Origin: Eledone cirrhosa
Lineage: Eukaryota
Direction of reading: 5' to 3'
Assembly (NCBI GenBank): GCA_964016885.1
Contig: OZ024741.1
Coordinates: 166,284,001-166,348,000 of the forward strand
DNA length: 64,000 nt
Below are positions 39,950 to 54,715 of the stretch, piece by piece. The notes under the pieces are model-generated. The model saw only the letters and a list, made by a program, of their open reading frames with translations, had not been told where the DNA came from and did not search any database. The position numbers were made by a program, and so were the translations under genes. Position 1 is the first letter of the stretch; every line of letters begins with the position of its first letter.

Positions 39950-40345
39950 AAGTATTGACTAATTTCTGTATATATTTCTATGGTACAGTATAAAGTACAT
40001 TGAATGCTGACTAAAACATCTGGATATCTCTATAGTACAGTATAAAGTACATAGAATGTTAATGAATATCTGTAGATATCTATAGGACAGTATAGAGTAA
40101 ACAGAGTGTTGATGAATATAGAGTACATAGTGTATTTATTGATATCTGTAGATATAGAGTATCTATAGATAGATATTTCTATAGTAATCTATATAGTACA
40201 TAGAGTTCTAACTAATTCCTGTGTATATTTCTATAGTAGAAATATATGTATACATTTATATATAGAGTGTTAATGAATATCTGTAGATGTTTCTATAGTA
40301 CTCTATAGAATATATAAAGTACTAACTAAAATATCTAGAGTTTCT
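39950..40345. repeat. Degenerate ~50-bp tandem repeat
   Basis: Recurring CTATAGTACAGTATAAAGTACATAGA..GAATATCTGTAGAT. Confidence 0.7.
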
Positions 40346-40399
40346 CTTTTGGCTATGGAATCCTATTCATGTTTTGCTAAGAGATCTGGTAACTGTTCG

Positions 40400-41035
40400 T
40401 CCCATCTAATTGAACTGCAGTGTATTTAAGTGTTCCAGGCCTTTTTCCAGGGTTGTACTGATTCTCATATCAGGATCCCTTGATGGGTGAAGATACGAGG
40501 AAATACGTTGTTTAAAACAATCGTGTACCATACCGGCGTATCTTTCGTGAACTTCAGAATTTTCTGTGGTGTTGTGTGTGATCACTGCCTTATACACAAC
40601 AGATTTGATATTACATTTCGGTTGAAGAGGGTAATTCACTTTAATCCTACAAGATCAGCTTGGATTAATGTCGAGTATATTCTTTGCAGTAATTTTTGTC
40701 TGATGGACGGGCTACATGAATATATCTTGACAGAATTGCGATTGAATATTTTACTGTATCTCTGTTGAGATGGGAAATGTTTATCTATAAAATCTAAAAA
40801 CTTCTTACCTACATTAATTAGTCTTTACTTTAAGGGAAAAGGAGAGTGTGAACCAAATAATTTTTCTTTTTCTGTTAGTACCTTTAGTATGTTTGGGTTG
40901 GGAATAATTGGGTGTGTATTTAAGTTCGTCCTTAAAATCATTATCTATGAGAGTCTGATTGTAGTAAGGTGCAGCCTTATCGAAAATCTACCTGTTTTTT
41001 TTTAGTCCTAATAATTCTTTGGTCACGTTAGTCAA
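40400..41035 (-). pseudogene. Decayed PLE fragment of the same type as 62.5-64 kb
   Basis: RKIIWF..FSLKVKTN, VGKKFLDFIDKHFP..YSKIFN, PLQPKCNIKSVVYKA. Confidence 0.8.
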
Positions 41036-41192
41036 CAACTTATGGATCCACCCACATAATTGTGTTAACATCTGATGACATCATACTAGTGCAGGTCGCT
41101 GTCGTAACGATTGTACAACAGCTCCATGCCGTGTCACAAAAATACGTATATTAATAAATATGATTATGTAACTTCTGTCTTAACGTTTATTT

Positions 41193-41304
<112 letters not shown>

Positions 41305-41308
41305 GTAT

Positions 41309-41345
<37 letters not shown>

Positions 41346-41350
41346 TGTAC

Positions 41351-41786
41351 GTATAGTATATTTGATAATATACTGTATGTTTATTTAAAAACAGTTTGAA
41401 GACCATTCGCTATGAGTTTTAAAGTAGTGACTACGTCATTTTCTCGGCAAATGCAAAGGAGAGCAATCGACGGCCATTTCTAGCGGTTGTCAAGATTACA
41501 AATCCCTTGGTTTCTGCCGGGAATTATAGAAGCTAGATTCTTATAGAATTCCAGTGATCTGTTTAATCAGTTCTTAAACATCACTGGAATTTTATAAGAA
41601 TCCAGCTACTATAATTCTAGGCAGAAGCGAAGGGATATGTAATCTTGACAACCTCTAACGAGCGACAAACGGTCGATTGCTTCCCTTTGCTTTTGCCGAG
41701 ACCAAGTAAATGACGTAGTCACTACTTTAAAAGTCATAGCGAATGTTTTTAAATAAACATACAGTATATTATCAAATATACTATAC
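41351..41786. mobile_element. Fold-back MITE (whole-length hairpin)
   Basis: ~205-bp imperfect inverted arms meeting near 41570. Confidence 0.85.
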
Positions 41787-41847
41787 ATACATTCATACAT
41801 ACATCGCTATTTCAGAGCACCAATACTAATTCCATGTATAAATATAT

Positions 41848-41895
<48 letters not shown>

Positions 41896-41919
41896 TTAGA
41901 TAGATAGATAGATAGATAG

Positions 41920-43225
41920 ATAAATTTCTTTATTAGCCACAACAGCACAAAAGAAGGGCACAAATACAAATGGGGAGTTTACATACAGGTATATGAAAAT
42001 AAAACTATTAATACAATAACAAATAACAATTGAAATCCCCAATAGGGGGGGGGTGTTAGACAGGGGTTGTACACACTGCGAAAAAAATGTACCCCCCCCC
42101 TCATCTCCAGGAGCACCAAGAGTGAGTACTTCCTTCCTCTCTTCCTCTTTTTCCTCAACCTACAGGCTTATATAGAGAGAAGGCCCAACCACTCGGGCTA
42201 TTTTTGCCACATTTACCCACCTTTTATAAAATTTGCTGGGGTATAGCACTCTCTCCCCATCCTGATTCTTCTTCCAAAATGATATTTGAAAAAACGAATC
42301 AGTTGCTCGCCGGAGAGAGAGGTGTCTGGCCTCAGCCCTTTTAACCTCGTCCACCATATAACCTCTTTCACCATAGCCATAACACATAGGAAAACCGCCT
42401 CTCCCTCGTTTTTGAAGGAGGGTGGCGGTTTGATCCTGACAATGGACTCGGTGGTCAACTGGATTGGTCGCACCAGCGACAATAGTCGTTCTACATAGCC
42501 CCACAGGTCGGTAACGCCCGGGCAGTGTACAAATGCGTGTGCGACGGTTTCCTCGTCCCGCACGCATCTCGGACAGATCTTTTTCGAAGGGTCCCTACCC
42601 GGGCGCCCGTGTCTGTAAAGCTTGTCTCGAACTGGTAGAGCTCCTCGGTAGCACTGCCAGGCCAGGGACTTTTGGAAGTTGTCCATTGGTCCCGGGCGGA
42701 AGATCCTACCGAACAGACTGGCCAGTTCGTCCTCCTCTACGCCTAGAGTTTCTCCGAGCGTGTAGTCGCACTTGCTGCGGACCAATCCTCTATAGAATGT
42801 CGAAGTGGAGTCTCCACTGATCGCCGGGTCCGTTTGCCAGAGGACTGTGAGCGCCTGAGCACATTCGATGTGTCAGTCGCCCATTTTCCTCGGTCTTTGC
42901 TTGACCCTGGACTGCAGCTCGGTCAGCGAGACGAGTCGTGGGAAGGCTCGCCTCACGAACGAGGCCCACACCGGTTGTCTGGTGAGGAATACGTGGAGGT
43001 GCCGCAGCCTGAGCGCGTGTTTGCGCATAGTCAGCCACAGCCCTCCGTTTGAAGGGTGTTGGCAGCAGATGGATCTTCTCACCAAAGGAGCCCCTTTCTT
43101 CCAAAGGAATTGGAATAGATAGATAGATAGATAGGTAAATTTCTTTATTAGCCACAAGGGCACAAAAGAAGAGGACAAATACAAATGGGGAGTTTACATA
43201 CAGGTATATGAAAATAAAACTATAG
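41920..43225 (-). mobile_element. 3' fragment of Tx1/L1-clade LINE plus an extra copy of its 3' end
   Basis: CPRCVRDEETVAHAFVHCP; homologous to 10738-11940; (GATA)n on both sides; 43135-43225 repeats ~41920-42010. Confidence 0.9.
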
Positions 43226-43234
43226 ATAGATAGA

Positions 43235-43289
<55 letters not shown>

Positions 43290-43854
43290 GAATGTATGTA
43301 AATGAATGTATGTATATTTATATAAAAGAGGTGGAGATGAAGAAAAAGTACTTTCCATGTACTGTTGTGTTATTTCAATTGATCAAACAAGACAGTGGGA
43401 ATGGACATTTGTAAGAGTGATTTCTTAAGTGAGGCTGTAATTGGTGGAACTACTGGGAATATAAACAAACGCAATGGCATGGTAAGAGTTCAGTTTTGAA
43501 AACATTCTTGACATTTTGATGAGTGAATTACACATTTTGCCAAAGCATTTATTGTAAACCGCTGTGACAAGCTAATGAAGGAACTGTTGTAATTAACAAT
43601 ATAAGCAACGCAGTCATAGTCATAGAGAAATGACAGTTAATGGAGTCATTAATTCCATGAAACTGTGCCAAGAGATTAGTACTAATAAATCCAAGAATGT
43701 TTGTCTTTCGATAACATAAGAATATTGTTTGCCGAAGTGGATTTCGAGGAATATCAGGGTTCAAATTCCATGAAATAACTATCATTTTTAAAACAGGAGT
43801 TATGTAATAATTTCTAGTCGATCGACAAACAGAGCCACAGGAAAACTAGTCATG

Positions 43855-43929
<75 letters not shown>

Positions 43930-44103
43930 AACAGATTCAGGGCCCCGACGGCTGGGTTCCGGCTGTTTCGACATCTAGATCCGAACTCATATATATATAT
44001 ATATATACAGGGGAACGGGCATTGGCTTCAAGAACATCATGTTTGTCCGTTCCCCTGTCGCTTCAATTTAAGATTACTTCCTGAGTGTAACCTTGTTATG
44101 TAA

Positions 44104-44187
44104 GAAGCTGTCTGATGAGATCACGGCACGAGGTACTACACAGAGTCGCGTGGCCACTTTCGTTATCGAAATATGTATCACGGCTTC
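44104..44187 (+). ncRNA. Type I HHR with 8-bp stem I and extended stem II
   Basis: GAAGCTGT-CTGATGA-GAT...ATC-GAAA-TATGTA-TC|ACGGCTTC, followed by AATAAA. Confidence 0.85.
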
Positions 44188-44232
44188 ATCAATAAAGGAC
44201 TTTAACATCTAAACTACTCTGTAGTTCCTTAT

Positions 44233-44348
<116 letters not shown>

Positions 44349-44539
44349 TAGTGGCGGCGTCTCTGGCTATGTCCCCTAACCACACTTTTCAATTTGTCAC
44401 GCTATTTAACTTATGTTACTCACTCTAAGATGTAACCTATTGATTTATCGATACATTCTTATTGAGTGCTTCGTGCAAGTCCGAATTGTTACTTTGTGGG
44501 TTTGGCCGACTGCCATAACTTTGATTTTATATATGTATA

Positions 44540-44571
<32 letters not shown>

Positions 44572-44741
44572 CTAATAATATTATTTATACTTAGATATGA
44601 GTTATATATAAATATGAAGGGGTAGTATTAAGCACTACCCAATTACCAGTAAGAGAAATAGATCAATGTAAATTATCCGATGTAGTACAGAGCAGAGACA
44701 CAAAATATAAAACAATCAAATTTTTGCTTAATACATTTAAT

Positions 44742-44788
44742 TGCTGACGATCGTTATTTCCAGACAACTGTCTGGAATCATCGGAGCA
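44742..44788 (-). ncRNA. Degenerate HHR
   Basis: TGCT-CCGATGA-TTCCAGAC/GTCTGGAA-ATAAC-GATC-GTC|AGCA; GAAA altered. Confidence 0.5.
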
Positions 44789-44952
44789 TATACAATGTTT
44801 AAACAAGTAATTACATTCCTAGTCCTTAGAACATTTCTTGCTTTTCAATATGATGTCACTGACACTGTCAATAGTAATGTATCTTAATAAATGTTCTAAA
44901 GACTAGGAATATAATTTCTTGTTGAAATTTGATTGTTTTATATTTTGTGTAT

Positions 44953-45060
<108 letters not shown>

Positions 45061-45117
45061 AAATGTGTGTAATCCTTGGTACAGTTAGGTATATTAAGAC
45101 AGGAGGGAAGAAAAAAT

Positions 45118-45274
45118 GGCTTCACTTGTGCTTTCAACAAATTTATTTTCTTCACAAAATCCCAAAAGAATTTTTTTCCGGATTAGAAAAAAAAAAATTT
45201 TTTTTCTAATCCGGAAAAAAATTCTTTTTGGATTTTGTGAAGAAAATAAATTTGTTGAAAGCACAAGTGAAGCC
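45118..45274. repeat. Near-perfect palindrome
   Basis: Arms meet at an A-run/T-run near 45197. Confidence 0.9.
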
Positions 45275-45295
45275 CTATATATATATATATATATA

Positions 45296-46266
45296 TATTA
45301 TATTATATTTTGAGAATAAACTCTCAGTTGTTTACAATAATTAAGCTCCAGGAAAAGGGGCTCTTCCGAGCAGTTAAATACATTTAAAATATACGATAAA
45401 CACGAAATGTGTTTACATTGCAACAGACAAAGTTAGCTATTAATGAAATAAACTAATTAAAGTGAATACAATTTGTCTGTCTCGATATAAGTCAATAAAG
45501 ACAAGCTTATATTGGCAACGGCCATGATTCCTGGACAGATTTAAATTTCAAAATTCAAACCTGTTCTGTAGACGAATTTGAACCTCGAAACCTAAATAAG
45601 TTTCGCAACGGTGGAATGTGAATTGAAAAATAAAGAGAATCGAAATGGAATAGAAATAAAAGAGTGAAATATCTAAATCTTCTGTGCTTATCAACAGGAA
45701 TCAGTAAAATTAGTATATCTCACATCAACAATTTTGCAGGTCTGACTACACGTGTGTAGGCAGGCCAAAACTAGCCGTCCCGCATTCACGGTGCTAGAAA
45801 TAACAGCCGCTTATGCAGGATTAAGGATCAGCTCTACAATAAAGGAGCCATACATTATATTATATTTTGAGAATAAACTCTCAGTCGTTTACAATAATTA
45901 AGCTCCAGGAAAAGCGGCTCTTCCGAGCAGTTAAATACATTTAAAATATATGATAAACACGAAATGTGTTTATATTGCAACAGACAAAGTTAGCTATTAA
46001 TGAAATAAACTAATTAAAGTGAATACAATTTGTCTGTCTCGATATAAGTCAATAAAGACAAGCTTATATTGGCAACGGCCATGATTCCTGGACAGATTTA
46101 AATTTCAAAATTCAAACCTGTTCTGTAGACGAATTTGAACCTCGAAACCTAAATAAGTTTCGCAACGGTGGAATGTGAATTGAAAAATAAAGAGAATCGA
46201 AATGGAATAGAAATAAAAGAGTGAAATATCCAAATCTTCTGTGCTTATCAACAGGAATCCAGTAAA

Positions 46267-46270
<4 letters not shown>
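45296..46270. repeat. ~415-bp direct duplication with ~140-bp spacer (pseudo-LTR-like)
   Basis: 45296-45715 nearly identical to 45855-46270; (TA)n flanks. Confidence 0.9.
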
Positions 46271-46308
<38 letters not shown>

Positions 46309-46377
46309 GTTATTCCGGGTTGAATCGGAGGTAACCACAGTAAGTAAGGTACTCAATACATAGCAGAGTATAACAGT

Positions 46378-46497
46378 TTTAATATAGATGAGATTCTACA
46401 GGACTAGAACTGTTTCATTCATTAGAAATCATCAGGAATCCCGATGATTTCTAATGAATGAAACAGTTCTAGTCTTGTAGAATCTCATCTATATTAA

Positions 46498-46500
<3 letters not shown>
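46378..46500. ncRNA. Palindromic HHR pair
   Basis: Minus strand GATTC-CTGATGA-TTTC.TAAT.GAAT-GAAA-CAG..CTG-TA|GAATC; the plus copy reads CCGATGA. Confidence 0.8.
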
Positions 46501-46546
<46 letters not shown>

Positions 46547-46569
46547 AACGATTTGAAGGACTAAATTTA

Positions 46570-46602
<33 letters not shown>

Positions 46603-46606
<4 letters not shown>

Positions 46607-46919
46607 CGAAGGAAATGTGGTAAGGAACCAAGTGGACCATAACGCACCAAAGTACTCAATACTTAGGGTAGTAGAGTGGGTAATAGGAACGAGTAGGACC
46701 CCGACGGCTGAGCTCAAGCCGTTTTGACGGCTAATTCTGGACTAAAAAGAAAATGAAAAAAAAAATTTTTTTTTAAATTTTTAGTCCAGAATTAGCCGTC
46801 GAAACGGCTTGAGCTCAGCCGCCGGGGTCCTACTCGTTCCTATTACCCACTCTACTACCCTAAGTATTGAGTACTTTGGTGCGTTATGGTCCACTTGGTT
46901 CCTTACCACATTTCCTTCG

Positions 46920-46923
<4 letters not shown>
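46603..46923. repeat. Palindrome of an HHR 3' half (relatives at ~43940, 52076-52181, 60297-60480)
   Basis: Arm reads GAAAC-GGC-TTGAGCTCA-GCC-GTC|GGGGTCC; the CTGANGA half is missing. Confidence 0.85.
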
Positions 46924-46956
<33 letters not shown>

Positions 46957-47116
46957 TAAATTTAGTCCTTCATCAGTGATCTTCCAACCTTCATTGGTAT
47001 TTCATCGCTTTTTAAAGCGATGAAATACCAATGAAGGTTGGAAGATCACTGATGAAGGACTAAATTTATTCATATGTAACCCATTGCAACCACGCAGCAC
47101 GCCATGTTTTCATATT

Positions 47117-47155
<39 letters not shown>

Positions 47156-47748
47156 TGCACACCGTATACACTCCATATATATATGGAGTGTATACGGTGT
47201 GCAGACCGAGAATAGTAAAACACGATGCGTGTTAATATTCAGAGTTGATACACATAGATAGATAGAATATAGTTAGAGAGAGCGGGAAGGAGAGAAGGAA
47301 ACAGAGAGATTAGATGAATGGAGAAATAGATATGGTTCTTTTATTTGCCACCAGGGCATCAAAAGTGGGACAAGTACAATGGGATGGAGAAATAGATAGA
47401 TAGGTTGATAGATATTGGGTTGTCAAGTATGAAATTTGTAAACATTAATAGAAAAAGACAAATTTCTACAAATTTCATAATTGACGACCTAATAGGTAGA
47501 CAGAAGGCTATCAGCATGTATGTGTGTGAATTTTTCTGCCTGCATATATGTATATATGTGTGTGTGTATGTGTGTGTACTAGCGTGAGTGTATGTGCATG
47601 TATGTGAGTGAATGCCGGTATGTGTGTGTATGTGTGTGTGTAGTTATTGGCATGTGTTTGTGTTCGTTTCTGTGTCTGTGTGTTTGTGTGTGTCCTTATC
47701 TGCATGGATGTGTATGAAGTTAACTATCTACCTGTATGTGTGCCTGCA

Positions 47749-47785
<37 letters not shown>

Positions 47786-47870
47786 CTCTATGTTGTGTGT
47801 GTGTAAGTATGTATGTATTATGCATGGAAGCATGTGTGTATGTATGCATGTATGTATATATGCATGTATT

Positions 47871-47942
<72 letters not shown>

Positions 47943-48025
47943 GTTATCTGCTTCCACATTCAAACGATATTTTAACAACATTACCACATACGGAGGAAAT
48001 TTTATCGCCGCCAAGAAACATTATC

Positions 48026-48082
<57 letters not shown>

Positions 48083-48257
48083 TCAATCTCCCTCCTTCTC
48101 CCCCTCCCTCTATGTAACATGGAGAAAAACATTTAAATCTTTAATAACAATAGATTGTATTTAGTTTAGAGACCATTTCTCTTTACTCTCTATGAATTCT
48201 TTTGACATTTGCTTAGCGTTGCAATCTTACGAACAACTTAATATTATTTTATTAGAT

Positions 48258-49090
48258 CGGTGGATTGGCAGTATAGGTAGAGGGTCGGACGCCATGCTTT
48301 GACGCATAGAGTTACGGCCCTTTCCATTCTGAATTCAAATCCCGTCGAGGTTAACTTTGCCTTTCATCCTTACGGGGGTCGATAAAATAAAGTACCAGTA
48401 ATACACTGGGATTATTGCTGGCCTTGTGCCAAAAGTAGAAACAATTATTTTATTGGATTGGCGGTGGATTGGCAGTATCGGTAGAAGGTCGGACGCCATG
48501 CTTTGACGCATAGAGTTACGACCTTGCCATTCTGAGTTCAAATCCCGCCGAGGTTAACTTTGCCTTTCATCCTTACGGGGTCGATAAAATAAAGTACCAG
48601 CAATTATACTGGGTAATTTCTGGCCTTGTGCCAAAAAGTAGAAACAATTGTTTTATTGGCAGTATCGGTAGAGAGTCGGACGCCATGCTTTGCAGCACAG
48701 CGTTACGCCCTTTTCTGATCTGAGTTCAAATCCTGCCACGGTTAACTTTGCTTTCATCCTTACGGGGTCGATAATATAAAGTACCAGTAATACACTGGGT
48801 AATTACTGACCTTGTGCCCAAAAGTAGAAACAATTATTAAAAAGTGAGTAAGGGTGGTGGTTTGGCAGAGTCGTTAATGCCTCGAACAGAATACCTTACG
48901 GTATTTAGTTATTTAGTTACGATTTTCTACGTTCTTAGTTCAAATCCGTCTATGGTCAACTTTGCTTCTCATCCTTCCGGGGGTCGATAAAATAAAGTAC
49001 CAGTTAAGTTCTGTAGTCGGTCGATATAATCGACCCCACCGCCTTCAACTAAGATGCTGACCTTGTTCTAATGCCCGAAAGAATTATTTG
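48258..49090 (+). mobile_element. Four head-to-tail Deu/Nin-like SINE copies
   Basis: Units start near 48258, 48460, 48656 and 48851. Confidence 0.9.
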
Positions 49091-49654
49091 TGAGTGATAA
49101 ATAACTTTGACATTTTCTGGCAACTGTTATTATGTAGAATTCTTAATTTTCAGAATGATTTGAAAAATCGTGCAAGAACTCTCCAGAGAGCCAAGATTAC
49201 TCTGTCATTAGAAATTGCAGTCAGTTTACAATTCTATTGATTATCATGTAATAAATCATTGGAAAGCTTCTAGAAGAGTTTTTACGTTGTTAGACAGGAA
49301 GAAAGTGTAACAACTTTAGCAACATTAACAATAACAACAACAACAACGACAACAGTAACAGCAGTAAAACAATGCGCCAGTAACACTAAATGACATTTCC
49401 GTTAAAAAGAAGCCAAATAATGGAGGAAAAAATAAAACAAAAGGAAAAGAATTAATAGAACTAAATAAGAAATTACAAGACGTTTGTCTATTTTTATGAA
49501 AGAATACAGGATGGATTAGAAGGAATTGTGTGAATTGTTTAAAACGATATGTTTAAGCATGTGATAACAGATTTTATATGAAATAGTATACTGTGAAAAT
49601 TTTTAGATAGAATACTTCAGTAGTATATACAACCTTGCCCCCAGACATGTAGGA

Positions 49655-51175
49655 AATCATCATCATCAGGTCGAGCTTGCTCGGCTTTCTACGACACGTT
49701 TCCTCCATCCATCTCTGTCTCTCATAGTGTTTGCCAGTTCTTCGCAGTGCATCCACTATCGTCCTCAGGTTGCTTGATGTATGTCTTCTTGGGACTACCA
49801 GCGTTTCTTGCTCAATGAGATGGACTCCATAACAATACATCACCTGCTATTTCTTCCTTGCTGCGCCAACAGTGGCCAGCAAATCTGAGTCTCTGTCCAC
49901 GTATTCACCTGCTGATAGGTGGTATATTGCCATAGAGATCCTTATTTGTTGGGTGTTCCCTCCAAGACACGTTTAAAGCAGCACGGAGCATACGTGTGTA
50001 TGCCCCGTCTAGCTTTTTCTCCAGTTTCGACGTTAGCGTCCAAGTAATAGAGCCACAAACAAGCACAGATTCCACAGCAGCTCTGAAGAAATTCCTTTTC
50101 AGTTTGGCCGGCAGGTTTGATTTCCATATTTTTTCCATTGCTTTCAATGCTCCCCAGGCTTTTCCCAGTCTGATGTTAACATCATGTTCTGTGGAGGCGA
50201 TATAGCTACCCAGGTATTTGAAGTCGTCAACTTGCTTGATTATATCGCCGTTTAGACTTGGCATACCAACTGAGGAGTCTTGGTTCAGGCAAATATATTC
50301 TGTTTTGCCTACGTTGACATAGAGTCCGATTTCCTTTGCAACTGATTTGATGCTGTGAAGTAGTGATGTTGCATCTTTAAGGTAGTCAGCAAGGACCGCT
50401 AAATCATCCGCATAGTCAGCATCGGTGATTTTCTGAGCTGCATGGCGTCTACACTTTCGCTTTGTGAGAGTGAAACCAAGCTCTTAGTTTTCGTCCAGGG
50501 CTTTTCTCAATACATAGTTGAGGCAGATAATAAAAATATATGGTGCAAGAGTATCCCCTTGGAGTACTCCTGCAATGATGTCAAAGAAGTTGGTATCTCC
50601 ATCAGGTGGGCGCACCATTGCACGGGTGTTTTTATATAACATCATGATGCCATTTACTGTTTCCTGGATGGAATCGAATGCTTTTGAAAAGTCAATAAAC
50701 AGGAGAGTTGCTGGGAGGTTTTGGGCTTTTACGCCTTCCAAGATACACCGAATAGTAAGTATTTGCCCTGATATTGATCTGTTGGTGCGGAAGCCATTTT
50801 GTTTTTTTCTCAGCAAGGGGTCAATGACAGGTCTTATTCTGTCAAACAACATGAGATTGTATATCTTTGCGACAATTGCCATTAGTGTTATGCCACGGTA
50901 GTTTATAGCCATTCCAAGATCGCCATTTTTGGGAAAAGGGAGTATACATCCCTCAGTCCATTTTTCTATGGCGTCTTGATTATAGACACCATTACACAAC
51001 TCTAGTAGGATTGGGTAAAATTCAGGTACCTTCCACACTTCAGCTGGGATCTCGTCGAGTCCGCACGTTTTTCCGTTACCAATACTTTTTACTGCTTTCT
51101 GTAGTTCCTCCATAGTGACAGAACCTTTCTGTATTTTGTGTTCCTCTGTGAAAACGGGTAGGAAAACCTCGTCTA
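49655..51175 (-). mobile_element. 5'-truncated RTE-clade LINE
   Basis: [58 protein letters not shown]; (GAT)n tail. Confidence 0.92.
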
Positions 51176-51205
51176 ATTACTGTCAAATAGAGGTATAACT
51201 TATAT

Positions 51206-51317
<112 letters not shown>

Positions 51318-51431
51318 TAAACGGAATAGAAAATGCTGACAAATTGTTCACAGTTGAAAAATGGTTTAATTAGGAATAAAAGAGTATTAGTGATTGTATG
51401 GGTTAGTATTCAGTTGTGGTTTTAAGTTTTT

Positions 51432-51476
51432 AAGTTTTTACCGGTTGCGCATTTCTAAATGCTTTTCAAAAATAAT
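51432..51476 (-). ncRNA. HHR-like variant with TTGAAAA / GCAA core (copies ~52381-52420 and ~60696-60733)
   Basis: TTT-TTGAAAA-GCATT/AATGC-GCAA-CCGG-TA|AAA; flanks homologous to 37334. Confidence 0.5.
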
Positions 51477-51532
51477 TTTGAGATAGAGTGTCCGTGCTGT
51501 TTGCTCTGATCAGAGCAAACAGCACGGACACT

Positions 51533-51875
51533 CAGAAACAAAATGGCGTAGGATAGAAGAAAGAAAAGGCACAGAAACGAAGAAAGGAATCCCCAGTCAC
51601 TGAAGAGGTCACAGAGTGTGTGACGAAAGGACTATGACTATACATATATAAACAACTATCTGGTTGTGGAACCAACCAACCAACCAGAAATTTATAATTT
51701 ATAAGTTTGTAGATTTGTAAATTTATGAATTTATAAATATATAATAAATTGAAGTGAAAGCAACTGGTGCGTGTGTTTCTTATTGGCAACATGACCCTCC
51801 CAAAGTATAACAATATCGGTTTCAACACACGATTTCAGATAAAGAATCTTGCTAAACAAATTCAGAAACGAAATA
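51533..51875 (+). mobile_element. Solo pseudo-LTR of the 22-25 kb PLE family
   Basis: Nearly identical to 24548-24878. Confidence 0.9.
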
Positions 51876-51926
51876 TATATATATATATATATATAACAAT
51901 GAAAGTGTGGTAAAGAACCAGGTGGA

Positions 51927-51999
<73 letters not shown>

Positions 52000-52851
52000 T
52001 GGACCATATATATATATATAACAAAGAAGGTGTGGTAAGATACCAGGTAGATACTTAGGGTAATAGAGTAGGTAATAGGAAAAAAGTCAGGACTCCGACG
52101 GCTGAGTTCCGGCCGTTTCGACAGCTAGATCCGTGTCGAAACGGCCGGAGCTCAGCCGTCGGAGTCCTGACTCTTTTCCTATATATATATATGTATAAGC
52201 AAACGAATATATATATATATATACATATATATTTTAAAAAATAGAGGTGTAACACACGAGTTGTGATATATTAGTAAAAAGAAAAGAATGCTGACAAATT
52301 TTTCCCAGTGAAAAATAGTTTAATTAGGAATAAGTATAAATTAGTAATAAGTATTGGTTAGTATTCAGTTTTAGCTTTAAGTTTTTACCGGTTGCGCATT
52401 TCTAATACTTTTCAAAAATAATTTTGAGATAGAGTGCCCGTGATGTTTGCTCTAATCTGATCAGTTTTGGAAATTCTTCCTGTTTTATGTGAAAAAAGTG
52501 GCTCCAGAGGTATTAAGATTTGGTTGGTTGTTGAATGTCACGTGAATAAGTACTATAAATTTCGCGCCAATTCGTGTTGCAAAACTTCTTGTAGTCAAAA
52601 CAATTTTGATTGGTCGGTAGAGGTCACGTGAATGTTAAAAATTGATTTTGCGCCAAATGTAGGTTTGTCGAAGAGTGCGCCCTTTCGCCTGATTGAGAAG
52701 TCACTGAAAAATATGTCTATTAAGACAAATATGTGTGTGTGCGTGTGTGTAGTAAAGAGGTTCATTGTTGTGATAATGGTCAGTAGGGATGTGTGTGTGA
52801 GTTGCAGTCATGTTGAAAGGTCATCAGTTCAGGTGTCTATTAAGCAAATAA

Positions 52852-52884
<33 letters not shown>

Positions 52885-53369
52885 TGTGTGCGTGTGCGTG
52901 TGCGTGTGTGTATGTGTGTGTGTGTATCAGAGTGGTTCGTGGTAGAGGGAATAACATCGGTCAGTAGGAATGTGTGTACGTGTGTGGGGGATATTTTAAC
53001 ATGTTGAAAGATATTTTTCAGCTCTTGTCTTATACGGAGAAGTGTGTGTGTGTGTGTGTCTGTTTGTATGTTAGTGTACGCGTGTGTGTGTGTATGTGTG
53101 TGTGTGTGTGTGTATGTGTGTATGTGTGTGTGTGTGTGTGGATGGACCAGTATTTTAGTGATACTGGTAAAAATGGTGTACATTATTCGATATTTTCAGT
53201 AATTTGCAAAAACGATTCTCTCAAAAGAACATCAAAAACATTAATAATAAAAGGGGTGAAATGATGTATAGTATTGTCATAACACCAAGGTGTATGTGAG
53301 TATTCCAGATTGAACGTACTGCAGGGGGAATCCATTAGGCCCATTTGTCAGCATTTTATTTTCCTTTTA

Positions 53370-53421
<52 letters not shown>

Positions 53422-53499
53422 CAAACGAATGAATGAGCGAGTGAAAGAGTTACAAGCCGTTAAAACATATCTTTATATAGCTTTACGATACAATAACCC

Positions 53500-53566
<67 letters not shown>

Positions 53567-53879
53567 GTATTAATTTAACAATGAAAATAATAACAACAAA
53601 GTGGAGTTATTTTACCTATTCATTTCATTGCTTTACGATCGTTTCGGAGAGTTGATCATATCGATATATTGACTGATCTATAGCAGTTATATAACTGTAT
53701 ACTATTAGACTTCATATATAGATTCGATCAGACAGTCTTGTTCGGAAACAATAAAGTTAGAATCTTTATTGGTAGTATATAAACAGGGTAGATACAAGAA
53801 TAGACATACCATATAAATATATACTCCAGATTTCCTCCTTAGAATGATGCTACCACCAAGGGTAGACCACATTGAAATG

Positions 53880-53910
<31 letters not shown>

Positions 53911-54226
53911 ATACGTTGGGAGGATCATGCTCCCAATAAAACCACACACGCCTGTTGGTTTTCACTTCAATAACCGGAAGGTTGGTTATATATTGTCAAA
54001 GCTCTTTCGTCACACATTCTGAGACCTCCTCAGTGATTAGGTTTTTATTTTGTGTCTCTACTTTGTTCTGCCGTACATAATCTTGTTCTTGTGTGTTGAC
54101 CACCAGGTGCGTGTGTTTTTATTGGCAACATGACCCTCTCAAAGTATAACAATATCTGTGTCAACACACGTTTTCGGATAAGAAATCTCGCAAAACAAAT
54201 TCAAAAACGAATTATACACACACACG

Positions 54227-54345
<119 letters not shown>

Positions 54346-54365
54346 TTAGTCATTACTACAACAGA

Positions 54366-54450
54366 GGTCCGACGAACTTTTGATTTCAGAGTCGGGCCAG
54401 ATCGATACAGATCGAACCTTGAGCTGATCAATAACGAAACGCGCGTCACC
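54366..54450 (+). ncRNA. HHR variant with CCGACGA core (second copy 56968-57032, -)
   Basis: GGT-CCGACGA-stem II (TTGAT/ATCAA)-GAAAC-GCGC-GTC|ACC. Confidence 0.6.
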
Positions 54451-54584
54451 AATCAATAAACGTAATGAAGGTTTAACAAATTGTCCTTGTATTATTATAT
54501 TACACTCTGTCTAGCTCTACACCTCGCTACTGACGTGAACCTAAACATCGAGTGCTCACCTGGGTAAACCTACAGTAACTCCAC

Positions 54585-54715
<131 letters not shown>

